NCBI RefSeq assembly: GCF_006345805.1
Contig: NC_043009.1
Coordinates: forward strand, 13,640,001-13,704,000
Direction of reading: 5' to 3'
DNA: 64,000 bases
Source of the DNA: Octopus sinensis
Lineage: Eukaryota
A program made the position numbers and the translations under genes. The notes beneath the pieces were generated by a model. It was not told the origin of the DNA. It did no database searches and saw only the letters and a program-made list of their open reading frames with translations. Below are positions 62,723 through 64,000 of the stretch, one piece after another (within the stretch, counting starts at the first letter, position 1; each line of letters opens with the position of its first letter).

Positions 62723-62842
62723 TTGTATAGAATATAAGGGTACATTCTATAAATACTTTTCAGAGAATGTCTAAATTTTTTCCAGAGAGACAGAAGCATG
62801 CACACTAACTGCAAAATATGCAAACTGATAATACACACATAT

Positions 62843-62873
<31 letters not shown>

Positions 62874-63519
62874 GTATGTGCGTGTGTATTTGTGTGTGCG
62901 CGTATGTGATGGTTTCTCTCACTTCATATAGCTAAATAGGAAACCATAACACAAATCCCTCACAATAAAACGCCATCGTTCCATTTCCTTTTCTGAAGAT
63001 TTCTGGTTTCATATGTATATAGTTATCTTTTTTATGGTTTGTGTTTTAAAGAGGAAAGAGAGAATAAGGTACCGAAGAGCTAAGAATTCAGCCGTTCTTA
63101 TCCAGACAAATCTTTGATTCTTCGCACAGCATTTAAAAAGATTAGGCCAGTTCATTTACCTGAAAATCTGTATAAGATATCAGTCAAAGATTCAGAAAAA
63201 AAAACACAAAGAATTCATTAATGTCATGTTGTGTTGCAGAGCTCCTTCTGTCTTAGCCAAGGACATGATTCTCATTTGCTTTATCTCCTATTGTCTTTAT
63301 CAAGACTCTATTTTTTAAAAAACTGAAAAATATACGGAGTGAACCGTGAGGCTAAATCCAACTTGTCTGAGCAAAAAAGATACAGTGATTCTCCTCTTGC
63401 TGTCAAAGCAGAGAAGTGAGATAGACCTGTCCAATATGTAAATCAATATGACTTGCATCGTTTTAGATGGGATTTATGCGAATATTAAGCCTTGTTTTAT
63501 ACATATATTTCTAATAAAC

Positions 63520-64000
63520 TGCACCGATCATAGGATTACTGTGGAGCTGTTCCTCATCGTGGCTATGGAATGAAAAGTAATCAGACTGGAAGGTGCAAAG
63601 GCAGAGATCATTACAAAATCAACTTTGCCATCATTTCGGATTCGATAAAATAAACAACCGTAAAGTACTTTCAGAAACACATGCAGCCATTCTTCCAATT
63701 TCGAAACTATGCCGAGATCACGCAGTTTGTGACATTTCATTCTCTGATCAAATTTATCGAAAGCCTTTGCAAAGTCGATATAGATCACACCCTGATTTCA
63801 GTGATTGAGCAGCTGTTTCAACATCCAATCATACTGTTGTCAGCGCTGAATCAGGTGGCCTCTTTCTGGCGGAAACCATGTTGGGTGTCTGTCAGCAACT
63901 TATTTTCCTCAGGGAATGTGATTAGTTTACTTCTGACTATTCGTTCCATGACTTGCTGCTGTGCGAGGTCAGAGAGATAGATCTGTAGTTTTTGGCCTCT
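63520..64000 (-). mobile_element. CR1/L2-clade LINE RT fragment
   Basis: QHGFRQ...IYIDFAKAFDKFDQRMKCHKLRDLGIVSKLEEWLHVFLK. Confidence 0.85.

Overview
AT-rich, microsatellite-dense eukaryotic DNA. The SINE, LINE and microsatellite complement looks like a coleoid cephalopod (octopus-like); this is inference, not a database result. There is one 100-N scaffold gap (18908-19007), no CRISPR array, no rRNA and no confidently identifiable host gene. Most long ORFs in the track are translations of microsatellites. The window is a transposon landscape: two near-identical Penelope-like elements (PLEs; RT + GIY-YIG), other PLE remnants, two decayed Tc1/mariner elements that retain both TIRs, further mariner/maT remnants, MITEs, CR1-, RTE- and REL-endonuclease LINE remnants, a gypsy fragment, Helentron-type non-autonomous elements and many tRNA-derived SINEs. 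The most interesting signal is a window-wide PLE/hammerhead-ribozyme system. About a dozen type I hammerhead motifs can be read directly. Five carry a compensated U3-A8 core (UUGANAA instead of CUGANGA) in two unrelated families. Most sit as outward-facing pairs in fold-back mini-elements at (TA)n, the same architecture as the near-full-length PLE. A 159-bp MITE with an exact 8-bp TSD that carries degenerate telomeric repeats is a second notable find. Frequent 1-nt homopolymer indels between copies suggest residual assembly error, so frameshifts and single-base ribozyme defects need read-level confirmation.
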